A stretch of 64,000 nt of DNA from a virus. The position numbers were made by a program, and so were the translations under genes. Shown in pieces: positions 26,252-35,745 of this stretch (positions within the stretch are counted from its first letter, which is position 1; each line of letters starts with the position of its first letter). Below the pieces are notes generated by a model. The model had not been told where the DNA came from and ran no database searches. It saw only the letters and a list, made by a program, of their open reading frames with translations. The stretch spans positions 4,270 through 68,269 of the IMG/VR virus record IMGVR_UViG_3300044858_005015; one strand, written 5' to 3'.

Positions 26252-27109
26252 ATGTACTATTTGATTCTTGGTAAAGGTTTTGTCGGTTCTAATCTAGCCC
26301 AGCACTTTAAGGATACTAAAGTTCCTTATAAGATTTTTTCTCAGTCAGAGCTTGATTATACTAATCCGTCTGTGTTTGAGAAATATATAAAAGAAAATAA
26401 TATTGAAATTAAAGAAATTATTATAGCTTTTGGACTAACAGGGGTACCAAATGTTGATTTTTGCGAAGACAATAAAGAGCTCTGCTATGCCTATAACGTC
26501 CTCTACCCTATGCAGGTAGTTCGTATCTGTGAGCAGTACGTTATTCCCGTAGTGCATGTAGGTTCGGGGTGCATTTATTCTGGTTACGACAAAGCATACA
26601 CTGAAGAGGATACCCCTAACTTTGGAATGTTCTCCGACGACTCTTCCTACTACTCAAAGTGTAAGCATGTCTTTGAGACCTTTGCCCAAGGACGGAAGTG
26701 TTATGTATTGCGTATTCGGATTCCTTTCACTTCTGATTATTCCCGGAAGAACTACTTCACCAAGCTCCTCAAATACGATACCCTTATTAATGAGCTCAAT
26801 TCAGTGACCTCTATTAAGGACTTTAATGTATTTGTTGCTAAATTTATCCGCCAGCATCCCGAGTACGGAATTTACAATGTTGTTAACCCTCAACCAGTAA
26901 AGGCTGAAGATGTGGTTCAGATTCTTAAAGATCACGGACTATCTAATCCTGATTGGCGTTTTATTTCTCTCTCTGAACTGAACACCAAAGCTAATCGTTC
27001 CAACTGTGTTTTATCAACAGATAAGATTGATGCTTTAGGCTTGTCATTACCTGACACCAAGCAATCACTTATTCGGGACATAGCCCAGCTCTCCTTAGTT
27101 ACCCCATGA
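26252..27109 (+). CDS. NAD(P)-dependent sugar-nucleotide epimerase/reductase (RmlD-like)
   Basis: GKGFVG Rossmann motif, G.PNVD.CE, SGCIY, YSKCK (YxxxK), RSNCVL. Confidence 0.85.
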   Translation: MYYLILGKGFVGSNLAQHFKDTKVPYKIFSQSELDYTNPSVFEKYIKENNIEIKEIIIAFGLTGVPNVDFCEDNKELCYAYNVLYPMQVVRICEQYVIPVVHVGSGCIYSGYDKAYTEEDTPNFGMFSDDSSYYSKCKHVFETFAQGRKCYVLRIRIPFTSDYSRKNYFTKLLKYDTLINELNSVTSIKDFNVFVAKFIRQHPEYGIYNVVNPQPVKAEDVVQILKDHGLSNPDWRFISLSELNTKANRSNCVLSTDKIDALGLSLPDTKQSLIRDIAQLSLVTP

Positions 27110-27681
27110 CCAACGTACAGAAGCTTATAGCTAAGGTGGTAGCTGATTGTCGGCATCATGGCATTGGGTTTCATCTGTCGGGGGACGATTATGTGATGGC
27201 TGACGGCATTAAGTGCTCAGGCTACTTTGATGAGACTGACCTTAAGGTAGCCGGAGGCAAAAAGGATTGGGTTGATGTTTTGGTTCATGAGTCCTGCCAC
27301 CTGGATCAGTTCTTAGATAAGTCCCCTCTCTGGGACGGAGGTGATGCGGGGATAACGACTATTGATAAGTGGATTTCCGGAACTGATTATACCGAGAAGA
27401 AGCTTATAAAGTCATTCCAAGATACTATTCTCCTAGAGCTAGATTGTGAGAAGAGATCTATAAAGAAGTTTAAGAAGTATAGACTTAAAGTCAGTGAAGG
27501 GCAGTATATAAAGCAGGTTAATAGTTATGTCCTGTCTTATTGGGCAACTTATAGAGACCGGAAGTGGTTTCCCTTCCCTTATAATAATCCTAAGATCGTT
27601 CGCCGGATGCCGGATTATTTTCTCCCTAGTGAGGTTTACATGACCCCTCAGAACGATTATCTGAGATATTTTCGCCAGTAG
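27106..27681 (+). CDS. HExxH zincin-like protein
   Basis: LVHESCHLDQ...ELDCE. Confidence 0.6.
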   Translation: MTNVQKLIAKVVADCRHHGIGFHLSGDDYVMADGIKCSGYFDETDLKVAGGKKDWVDVLVHESCHLDQFLDKSPLWDGGDAGITTIDKWISGTDYTEKKLIKSFQDTILLELDCEKRSIKKFKKYRLKVSEGQYIKQVNSYVLSYWATYRDRKWFPFPYNNPKIVRRMPDYFLPSEVYMTPQNDYLRYFRQ

Positions 27682-27785
27682 CATTATTGTTTATATGTTT
27701 GACTGATAAGGCTCTTACTGTCTAAGAGTATTACGATGCTAATACATCTTACTTGAAGTATTATCGATAATTAATAATTAACTTT

Positions 27786-27947
27786 ATGAACACTGAGACT
27801 ATTATTAAAATCATCCAAGATAATCTCTTTAACAAAAGTACTTTACCAGAGAACCTTTCATTTAAATCTTCTTTTATACCTTTTGAATATCCTCCGGAGA
27901 CACCTTGGGAAAGAAATATAAGAGAGAGTATTGGAGACTGGTTGTAG
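27786..27947 (+). CDS. small hypothetical protein
   Basis: Manual translation MNTETIIKIIQDNLF...ESIGDWL. Confidence 0.35.
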   Translation: MNTETIIKIIQDNLFNKSTLPENLSFKSSFIPFEYPPETPWERNIRESIGDWL

Positions 27948-27989
27948 TCCTTTAGTAGCATTATTATTCTAACAGCCATAATTGTTTGT

Positions 27990-28349
27990 ATGGTTGTTGA
28001 CGTAGAACAAATAAGAGAAGACGAATTTATAAAGTTTCGTAAAGCTATACAGAAATTTTATAAAGATCGACAGGATTTGTATTTTAATATTTTTGAGGAA
28101 AAGTTAGAGTTTGGGGTAATTGATGTAAATGATTTTAACTATGAAGAGATATGTAAGGCTGAGGCTGAAGCCCATATGTCAACAAGAGGACAAGAGGTAT
28201 TAGAGTTTATCAGACATTACGTAGACCAAAGATCTAATGAGATATTAGATGCAGTTAGTGATAAGACGCTACTCAAAGGGAAGGCTAAAGTACAGCTCGA
28301 AGTTCTTAAGTATGTGCTTGAAGCAGGAGAAGAAGATTCCCTTAAATAA
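27990..28349 (+). CDS. hypothetical protein
   Basis: ORF track. Confidence 0.6.
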   Translation: MVVDVEQIREDEFIKFRKAIQKFYKDRQDLYFNIFEEKLEFGVIDVNDFNYEEICKAEAEAHMSTRGQEVLEFIRHYVDQRSNEILDAVSDKTLLKGKAKVQLEVLKYVLEAGEEDSLK

Positions 28350-28355
28350 TAGATA

Positions 28356-29087
28356 ATGCGTAAGTACACCTATGATTTCGAAATTTCGACTATGGTTCAG
28401 ATGTTTGCTTCGGCCATGGATGATATTATCGTTAAGAGGTATAATCGTTACAGAGAGCCTCAGGATTCTATTAAGGTAAGGTTTGTTTACGCGCCCAAGC
28501 AAAGAGTGCTGGCAGATTTATTAGATAAGGCCCAGAACCTTCAGTTACCGGTTGTTGCTTTAACTAACGGAGGCATTGTTCGGGATCCTAATAGAGTCTT
28601 TAATAAGATTCAAGGGTCTTATATGACTACCTCAAACCCTGCCCTGGCTAATAAGCTCTTACAGCCTGTTCCTATTGATCTTGTTATCAATATGACTATT
28701 CTTACCCGCTTTCAAGAAGATTTCGACCAAATAGTAACCAACTTTATTCCTTACTTTGATCCTTTTATTATTGTATCTTGGCGTACCCCTTCAATGCCTG
28801 ACTATGAAATCCGTTCACAGGTTGTTTGGTCGGGTAATATAGCTGCAACTTATCCTTATGATATTAATAGTACTCTGGTAGCTCGAGTAGAGGGCAATAC
28901 ATCGTTCACTTTTAAAGGATGGCTGTTTAAAGCTTCTGGGGGAGATGATTCTAAGATCTTTACTATTAATTCTAACTTCTCAACTGAAGCAGGATTAAAT
29001 TCAATGCTTTCCCTTGATCTTCTCAACGCTGATACTACTAAGCGTATTACTCTATCAGCACAACCCCAACCTCGAGTTATTAACTAA
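28356..29087 (+). CDS. T4 gp15-like tail sheath terminator/stabiliser
   Basis: YAPKQ, LP, PVP......ILT..QED.DQI..NF.PYF.P, F..KGWLF; late promoter. Confidence 0.8.
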   Translation: MRKYTYDFEISTMVQMFASAMDDIIVKRYNRYREPQDSIKVRFVYAPKQRVLADLLDKAQNLQLPVVALTNGGIVRDPNRVFNKIQGSYMTTSNPALANKLLQPVPIDLVINMTILTRFQEDFDQIVTNFIPYFDPFIIVSWRTPSMPDYEIRSQVVWSGNIAATYPYDINSTLVARVEGNTSFTFKGWLFKASGGDDSKIFTINSNFSTEAGLNSMLSLDLLNADTTKRITLSAQPQPRVIN

Positions 29088-29088
29088 T

Positions 29089-29607
29089 ATGGCAGCTATT
29101 TTAATTAAAAAGCCTTATACCCCTTTTGTTTTTACCTCTGCTTCGAAGACGTTTAGTGTTTACGGTAAATCATTCTTTGCAGTTACTAATGTATATCTTT
29201 CAGGTGACCCTTTCCCTACTACCAGCTTCTTTAATCCTTTTTCGGCTTCACCTCGCTTGTCAGCTGCCTATCCCGGCTTTTATGCTTTGAAGTTACCTGC
29301 TTCGGCTTATAATTCTAATGGCGATAATACTATAACCTTTACTATGCCTTCTGCTGCAGATCCGGGTTATGTTGATATCGTAGTAGAGAATGAGGCAGGC
29401 TATGGAACTTTAACTCAATACGTAATTCGTAGCACTTATAATCCCTATACTTCTGGAACAGCAGAATATAATAGTTTTATACCTTATCAGGTACCTTGGA
29501 GGGATGGTATTATTGTAGCAAATGAAGAGACTATTACATCTCTTGTTGGATTGTATCCAGGTAATCTTTTAACTACTTTATCAGGCGAATACCTGGTCAA
29601 TAACTAA
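29089..29607 (+). CDS. Ig/IPT-like structural protein
   Basis: NTITFTMP...G.VDIVV.N.AGYG; start MAAILIKKPY. Confidence 0.5.
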   Translation: MAAILIKKPYTPFVFTSASKTFSVYGKSFFAVTNVYLSGDPFPTTSFFNPFSASPRLSAAYPGFYALKLPASAYNSNGDNTITFTMPSAADPGYVDIVVENEAGYGTLTQYVIRSTYNPYTSGTAEYNSFIPYQVPWRDGIIVANEETITSLVGLYPGNLLTTLSGEYLVNN

Positions 29608-29619
29608 TAAGTAATGTAA

Positions 29620-30054
29620 ATGGCTACAATTAATTTTTCCCAGTTTGAGTTAAAAACAACACCAGCATTAACCGATTACCTCGTAGGATATAAAGGAAAT
29701 GGAACCGGAGAGTATAGAACATCTATCGAAAGTGTTGCAGCTTTAATCTCCGCAACAACAACTGTGTACCCAACACTCTCATACAATACAACAGGTAACC
29801 GGTTATCTATTTCTAATGGTAACACAGTTACTTTATCTAACCTTATAACCAGCCATCAAAACCTTTCAGTAAACGCTTCTAATAAACAACTCTCAATTAC
29901 CCAAGGTAACACTGTTTCTTTATCTAGTTTTGTTGTAAGTGATACAACCACGATTCCATCAGCGACAGCAATATCTAATATTATAACTGTTACTCAAACT
30001 CAGTACAATGATATTGCTGTAAAAAATCCAAATACACTGTACGTTATAGTATAA
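29620..30054 (+). CDS. tail fibre-associated protein
   Basis: LSISNGNTVxLS repeats; TQ.QY..I..K.PNTLYVI C-terminus. Confidence 0.65.
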   Translation: MATINFSQFELKTTPALTDYLVGYKGNGTGEYRTSIESVAALISATTTVYPTLSYNTTGNRLSISNGNTVTLSNLITSHQNLSVNASNKQLSITQGNTVSLSSFVVSDTTTIPSATAISNIITVTQTQYNDIAVKNPNTLYVIV

Positions 30055-30055
30055 T

Positions 30056-31954
30056 ATGAATTTATCAGAAGTTAAGCGCGTTTATGTTGGTCGTAAACTT
30101 ATAGAAGCGATTAATCAAGGCAATAATACTGTTTTTGAACCTATCACAGGTACCATATTTTTAGGTAGTATTGCGAATGCTGAGCTATACCCGATAGCGT
30201 TCTATCCTGATATAGCTTTAAGTACATCACCGGTTATATTTGAAAACGGTACAGATTACACAATTAAGGATAATAAAATATTTTTACAAGCCAATCTGGA
30301 TAAACTTAGCGGGGCTAATATTTTTAATGTTACAGGAGCCGCCAGAGTTGAGAATTTAACCTTGGAAGGTCTTTCAGGTATTCAAAGCTTAACATTTACC
30401 GGTGTGTCCTCTATTAAAAGTGTTACTCTACCTTACTCTCCTACTCTCAGAAGTCTTTCCATAACTAACTGCCCCGAGCTAACAAGTCTAACCGTTAATA
30501 CTGATACACTGGACTACTACCCGTTATTATCATCCGTAACTATGACAACCGTTACTGGTCTTAGCACTCTACAACCTAATAATGTTTTAGACGTTATTCA
30601 TAAATCTCTTTATTTTTCTTTATCATCTTACAGTTCAAGCAATATATTAAACTATAGTAATTTCTGGGCTAATACACACTTAACAAGAACATCAGCTAGC
30701 GATGTATATATAGGTAAAGTTTATACCCATACAACAAATAATTTTCCTCAGATTGATCCACTTTACCCTGCGTTTGTTTCCCCTACAGAGTATATTTCCT
30801 CAACCCCTGAATGTAGCTCTTATACAATATTTTGTCCTATTAGTTCAGTCTCAGGTAAAGGTGTATATACAGCTGCAACTACCAGAATGTCGACAGACCC
30901 GGTTACTTGGCATAGAGGTCTAACTGCAGAATTTATAAAAACTGGTAACGTATACAACAGCAGAGATGTATTCAGCAACGTTGATAACTACCATTTACTG
31001 TTTAATAGATCTTTAGGACACTGGACTGTAGTAGGTCCTACAAGCAGTAGTGAAACAATATGGCTGAGCGCCCGGGAAGGTATTGGGGAATGGGGCAACC
31101 CTCCAAGTTTAGGATGGACCGGAGGAGCTTATACAGTAGCAGGCTGGAACATACCCCCTCAAACACACGGCACTGTGTGGTTTCAAGCTACTACCGTATT
31201 CCCTACAAGTCATTTATTATATAACGCAAGGTCTTTTGGCAGAGAATATGGTGGCGCACAGCTACGAGTTTTTTATAACCCACTAAGCGGTTACAGGCCT
31301 AACTTTTATAGAACAGATTTAGATTTTTCTGGTATTGCACACAGCGGACCGATTTCTAGTCCGAGCCAAAACGGCAGAGGGATCCTCGTATCCCCGGTTC
31401 ACTACGTAACAAACACTCATTTTAAAGTAGGTAACCCAAGATTCTACAATAGAGACGGAACTGTAGAAGTTAGAACCATTCTTAGCTCGTTAGATATAGG
31501 AAATGATACAACAGTAGGTATATTAAATGCTCCGGTTAGTGCAACGTTTTATCAAGTAGGAAGCGGGTGGCAGCTAAAAAGACTGATAGGTAGAGAAGAC
31601 TTTAAGAACTATCTGTACGGCCCTAGTCAAAACGGTAAAGTGGGATATTGTCTACCTACTGAAAAAAACCCTACTACAAGTTCATGGAACGGGAATACAA
31701 AATACACATTGTGGCACCAAGTAGCAACCATACCTAAAACTGACTGGCATAATGAACCCCTTGTTGGAGGTGACAGCTCTTCACCTTTTTGGTATGTAGA
31801 TGGAGGTAAACTAATACTAATAGGACTCACAATCTCTGCCGGACCTGCAGGAAATTATATTGGCTCACGTACATCCACCGTTAATCAAGCTATGACAGCT
31901 CTAAGTGCTCGGTTCGGGCTCCCTACCCACACTCTGTCATCATTCTCGTTTTAA
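30056..31954 (+). CDS. tail-associated protein with C-terminal trypsin-like serine protease domain
   Basis: LVSPVHYVTNTH, NDTTVGIL, GGDSSSP; LRR-like stretch near the N-terminus. Confidence 0.6.
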   Translation: MNLSEVKRVYVGRKLIEAINQGNNTVFEPITGTIFLGSIANAELYPIAFYPDIALSTSPVIFENGTDYTIKDNKIFLQANLDKLSGANIFNVTGAARVENLTLEGLSGIQSLTFTGVSSIKSVTLPYSPTLRSLSITNCPELTSLTVNTDTLDYYPLLSSVTMTTVTGLSTLQPNNVLDVIHKSLYFSLSSYSSSNILNYSNFWANTHLTRTSASDVYIGKVYTHTTNNFPQIDPLYPAFVSPTEYISSTPECSSYTIFCPISSVSGKGVYTAATTRMSTDPVTWHRGLTAEFIKTGNVYNSRDVFSNVDNYHLLFNRSLGHWTVVGPTSSSETIWLSAREGIGEWGNPPSLGWTGGAYTVAGWNIPPQTHGTVWFQATTVFPTSHLLYNARSFGREYGGAQLRVFYNPLSGYRPNFYRTDLDFSGIAHSGPISSPSQNGRGILVSPVHYVTNTHFKVGNPRFYNRDGTVEVRTILSSLDIGNDTTVGILNAPVSATFYQVGSGWQLKRLIGREDFKNYLYGPSQNGKVGYCLPTEKNPTTSSWNGNTKYTLWHQVATIPKTDWHNEPLVGGDSSSPFWYVDGGKLILIGLTISAGPAGNYIGSRTSTVNQAMTALSARFGLPTHTLSSFSF

Positions 31955-32042
31955 CTTATTGTCTATTACACTCTTTTAATACAATTAGAGCTATTAACAA
32001 GCAAAAAAGAATTGAAAAAAATAATTGATCAAAGATCATTGT

Positions 32043-32125
32043 ATAGCTTTCAATAGACTAAAAGAGCTTATTCGAAGTTACGACAACAACAAATAAGCTT
32101 TGTTCTTTTAGTTAATCTAAGCTAT
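32043..32125 (-). ncRNA. candidate structured non-coding RNA / long bulged hairpin
   Basis: Three nested stems; TAAATA on the minus strand at 32134-32129; no convincing ORF downstream. Confidence 0.35.
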
Positions 32126-32137
32126 TAATATTTATTC

Positions 32138-32284
32138 TCAATAGACGTAAATCTGCTTTCCCTTCTTTATTTTAGTGGGTTTGCGCTTGTCCTTTGACCA
32201 TTTAATTTTGTCAAAGTTTTCTACGTATTGAGATATTTTTACTGGACGGAGGTCATCTCCTTTGCCCGCTGCTGAAGGTTTCAT
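32138..32284 (-). CDS. small GKGDxxRP-type phage protein
   Basis: Manual translation MKPSAAGKGDDLRPVKISQYVENFDKIKW... Confidence 0.6.
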   Translation of the reverse strand: MKPSAAGKGDDLRPVKISQYVENFDKIKWSKDKRKPTKIKKGKQIYVY

Positions 32285-32287
32285 AAA

Positions 32288-32476
32288 TTATTTTGCTCTA
32301 TATTTGTTCAGAACTTCTTCATCTTCTTTATTCAAGCGAAGATCGTCTTTAGTAACTCTTTTTGATCTTTGCTCCTTAGAAGGGAAGTAAACATTTTTCT
32401 TTTCCTCTTTTGAGAGAAGAGGAAAGATTTCATGTTGAATATAGTATTTGTTGAGTATTGGGAATCGTCCGTGCAT
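32288..32476 (-). CDS. hypothetical protein
   Basis: ORF track. Confidence 0.5.
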   Translation of the reverse strand: MHGRFPILNKYYIQHEIFPLLSKEEKKNVYFPSKEQRSKRVTKDDLRLNKEDEEVLNKYRAK

Positions 32477-32560
32477 AAAGTTATATTATATTAATTCCAT
32501 TCTAAAGCTTTTGCAATGGATTTTGTTATTATACAGAATATAAAGGATATAAGTCTACAG

Positions 32561-33187
32561 TTAAACCTGAAATGCCTCAATTGTGTACTTAAAAGGATTA
32601 CCTTCTACACTTTTTACCAGTTCTAACATTTCTGCAGCTATTTCTTTAATTTCTTTTTGCGCGTCTGGTTTATTTCTAAGACTAAGAAAATGATAAAACG
32701 ATCTCCAATTAAACATTACATCACAATCTATCTGTGTGTTGTATGTTCTAAAGTACCTTGCTGATTCTTTAGCTCTTTTTCTATCAAATTTTAAGTCATT
32801 AACTAAAGACTCAATACATTCATGATATAATTTTAGTCCTTCTTCTGTATATTGTTTTAGTCTATTGGCCCAGTGCGGTGACCAATCATCCGGTATATAG
32901 AAATTATCTTCTTTTAACTCTTTATAACGAGCTGATTCAGCATTAATTGAGACTCCAATACGATGTTTTAATAAATGAATATGAGAAGCAATGTCTGAAG
33001 TAACTAAAAAGTGTAAAGACGATTTTTCAAAAGGGGTGTGATGTCCATTCTCAGCAAGCATTTTCAATAACTGAGGTATTCGTTTCTTTTTTTCTTCTGT
33101 TATTTCTCGTGTTGTAGATGTCCATGCCGAACATGCATGAGTTTCATCAGAACCGTAATAACCTATTAATTTAACGGAATTGTTCAT
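32561..33187 (-). CDS. thyX: flavin-dependent thymidylate synthase
   Basis: GHHTPFE, KHRIGVSINAESARY (RHRx7S variant), ESARY, NWRS..HF..LR...DAQ.EI. Confidence 0.9.
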   Translation of the reverse strand: MNNSVKLIGYYGSDETHACSAWTSTTREITEEKKKRIPQLLKMLAENGHHTPFEKSSLHFLVTSDIASHIHLLKHRIGVSINAESARYKELKEDNFYIPDDWSPHWANRLKQYTEEGLKLYHECIESLVNDLKFDRKRAKESARYFRTYNTQIDCDVMFNWRSFYHFLSLRNKPDAQKEIKEIAAEMLELVKSVEGNPFKYTIEAFQV

Positions 33188-33402
33188 AGAGATTTTGTAA
33201 ATATTTTTTGTTCCACTTCAAGTTTTTGGCCTAGTATATTACATTCATGCTCCAATTCTGCCAGCTTTTTGTCTAAAATTTCTATAAGCTCTCGATTGTT
33301 TTCCTCCATAAGCATTTCGCCAATTAGAGTAGCTTTTGCGTTAATAGCATCTATTTGTTGCTGTAGCCAGGTAATAGTTTGCAGTTGTATATTCTCTTCC
33401 AT
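33184..33402 (-). CDS. coiled-coil hypothetical protein
   Basis: ORF track. Confidence 0.55.
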   Translation of the reverse strand: MEENIQLQTITWLQQQIDAINAKATLIGEMLMEENNRELIEILDKKLAELEHECNILGQKLEVEQKIFTKSL

Positions 33403-33461
33403 AGTCTTTATATAGTAAATTAGTCTTTGAAGAATACAAGCAACTTAATAAATAATATACA

Positions 33462-35363
33462 ATGATTCATCAGGCTTATACTTACAATAATGCTATCCCC
33501 GGTAATACTACAGGACCGATTCAAGATCAAGCGTTTCCATCTACGAATTTATTAGGGGCATTTGTTTCAAGACTTCCGTACGCATATAGTATAATTTCTA
33601 GCATGATGGAACGGAACCCGAAGTTCCAGGACTTTAAGGGGGTTGGTCCTAAAAGAGAAGAACTCATCCAAGATCAATCCATTTTTTTACAAGACCCTGA
33701 TCTGCAGTTCGGTTCGGGTCCTGGTACACCTGGTGCTTTACAGATCAATAAAGACTATCAAGCCTTCATCTACGCTAACGTTGACAAGGATAAGACCAGA
33801 CGTTTGCAGGATTATCGCCGTATGGCAGCTTTTGCTGAACTGGCTGACTGTATTGATGAGATTTGCGATGAATGTATTGTCAAGGATGAGAATGACAATA
33901 TTGTACAATTCAATTTAAGAGGCAATTATACCAAAGAGACTAAGGATACTATTGAAAAAGAGTTTAGAAAGTTTATCGAAATTTTTGAACTGGAAGATAA
34001 AGGCTGGGAATATTTTAGACAGTTTCTTATTGACGGAGAGCTATATTTTGAGAACATCATTGACGAAGATCGTAAGAACTTAGGCATTTTCGGTCTAGTT
34101 TCTATTCCCTCTGAGCTCATCAACCCCGTTTATCAAAACGTTCAGAATGAGCTAGTAAAAGGCTTTTTAATTCGTAAGCCTGTTGTAGGACCGGCTACCT
34201 CAATGAACCGTAAGGATCAAGAAGAGCTATTCTTTATGAATAAGGCTCAGGTCTCTTATATTAACTCCGGTATTTGGAACGAGTATAAGTCAATCCGTCT
34301 GCCCTTTATTGAGAATGCTAAGAGAGCTTATCGTCAGTTATCTCTTATTGAAGATTCAATTGTCATTTATCGCCTAGTGAGAGCACCAGAACGTCTTAGA
34401 TTCACCATTTACACTGGCAACATGCCTCCACCCAAGGCTGAAGCGTACCTCAAACGTCTCATGCAGTCTTATTGGACTAAGAAGAACTTTGACTCAAGTC
34501 AGGGCTCAGGGGGCCGGGTTACTAACATCTACGATCCTCAGTCCATGCTTGACGCTTACTGGTTTACCAAAGATGCTCAAGGCAACGGCTCCACTGTAGA
34601 TACTCTTCCTGCCGGTCAGAACTTAGGACAGCTTGACGATCTCAATTACTTCCTCAAGAAGCTTTATAACTCTCTCAAAGTACCGACCTCTCGCTTCATG
34701 CAGCAAGATACTCCTTTCAAGGACGGTGCTGAGATTACACGAGACGAATTAAGATTTGCTCGCTTTATTATCCGCATTCAAAGGCAGTTTGCTATGGGTG
34801 TTAAGGATACTTTTATTGCTCACCTTAAGCTTAAAGGTTTTTGGAAGCAGTACAAGATCCGTGAAAGAGCTTTACAGGTTGAGTTTAATGTTCCGACCTC
34901 ATTCATGGCAATGAGAGAGCAGCAGCTCTTACAGATCAAATTTGAAAACTTTAATACAGCAACCCAGAACAATTCAATAGCTCCTTCTTATGCCCAGAAG
35001 TACTACTTACAGTGGTCTGACGAGATGATGAAGGAGAATAGAGAATGGATCAAGAAAGATGCCGCTCTTCGCTGGGAAATTGCCCAGATTGAGTCTTCAG
35101 GTCCTAATTTTAGAGAGCTTTTAGCAGCTCAAGCCGGTGTTGAAGCCGGAGGAGCTGAAGCAGGTAGTGCACCTGGTGGCGGCGGTAGTGCGGGAGGTTC
35201 AGAGATTCCTGAATTTGGCGGCTCTAGTCCAACTGCAGGAGAATCTCCTGAAGCTGCAACCCCTACAACGGGCGGCGCTGAAGCTGGAGCCGGAGCGGCT
35301 CCTGAGGCTGGTCCTCCGACGCAGGCTACCGGAGCTTCTACGCCAACACCGCCACCAGCTTAA
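33462..35363 (+). CDS. T4 gp20-like portal protein with G/A/P-rich C-terminal tail
   Basis: IDEI.DE, IDGELY, EDSIVIYRLVRAPER, GNMP..KAE.Y, TLP.GQNLG..DD..YF.KKLY.SLKVP.SR, EITRDE..F..F..R. Confidence 0.95.
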   Translation: MIHQAYTYNNAIPGNTTGPIQDQAFPSTNLLGAFVSRLPYAYSIISSMMERNPKFQDFKGVGPKREELIQDQSIFLQDPDLQFGSGPGTPGALQINKDYQAFIYANVDKDKTRRLQDYRRMAAFAELADCIDEICDECIVKDENDNIVQFNLRGNYTKETKDTIEKEFRKFIEIFELEDKGWEYFRQFLIDGELYFENIIDEDRKNLGIFGLVSIPSELINPVYQNVQNELVKGFLIRKPVVGPATSMNRKDQEELFFMNKAQVSYINSGIWNEYKSIRLPFIENAKRAYRQLSLIEDSIVIYRLVRAPERLRFTIYTGNMPPPKAEAYLKRLMQSYWTKKNFDSSQGSGGRVTNIYDPQSMLDAYWFTKDAQGNGSTVDTLPAGQNLGQLDDLNYFLKKLYNSLKVPTSRFMQQDTPFKDGAEITRDELRFARFIIRIQRQFAMGVKDTFIAHLKLKGFWKQYKIRERALQVEFNVPTSFMAMREQQLLQIKFENFNTATQNNSIAPSYAQKYYLQWSDEMMKENREWIKKDAALRWEIAQIESSGPNFRELLAAQAGVEAGGAEAGSAPGGGGSAGGSEIPEFGGSSPTAGESPEAATPTTGGAEAGAGAAPEAGPPTQATGASTPTPPPA

Positions 35364-35406
35364 CATACTTCTAAAGTAAGGCAAAAAGTTCCATAAATAT
35401 AGGTAT

Positions 35407-35745
35407 ATGACCTATAATATACCAAGCCATCGCAGAGGTGATACCTGGGATGGTATAAGTTCAATAGTAATTACTTCTAACGGTCAGCCGGTTGATCTTA
35501 CAAATGCCGCTATTAAGATGGAGCTCCGGGAGGATATTGATGCTCCTGCAATCTTCACTCTTTCTACTACTGATTCTACTATAGTCATTACTAATGCTGC
35601 TCAAGGAATCTTCACTATACCTCCTATTCTCGTTGATATACCCTTCGGTAAGTATCTCTATGATATACAAATTACTTTTGCTAACGGAGTGGTTAAGACC
35701 TATGTTGACGGCTCTTGGGAGATTACAGCAGACATTACCAAATAA
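35407..35745 (+). CDS. BppU-like baseplate/fibre attachment domain protein
   Basis: RGDT...PVDLT......R...G.Y.YDIQ.T...G.V.T...G...I..D.T. Confidence 0.7.
   Translation: MTYNIPSHRRGDTWDGISSIVITSNGQPVDLTNAAIKMELREDIDAPAIFTLSTTDSTIVITNAAQGIFTIPPILVDIPFGKYLYDIQITFANGVVKTYVDGSWEITADITK

Noticed and set aside
11753-28358. Identical 16-mer TAAATAATAGATAATG at 11753 and 28343 as a mobile repeat
   Set aside because: Adequately explained by late promoter core plus AT-rich spacer plus ATG.
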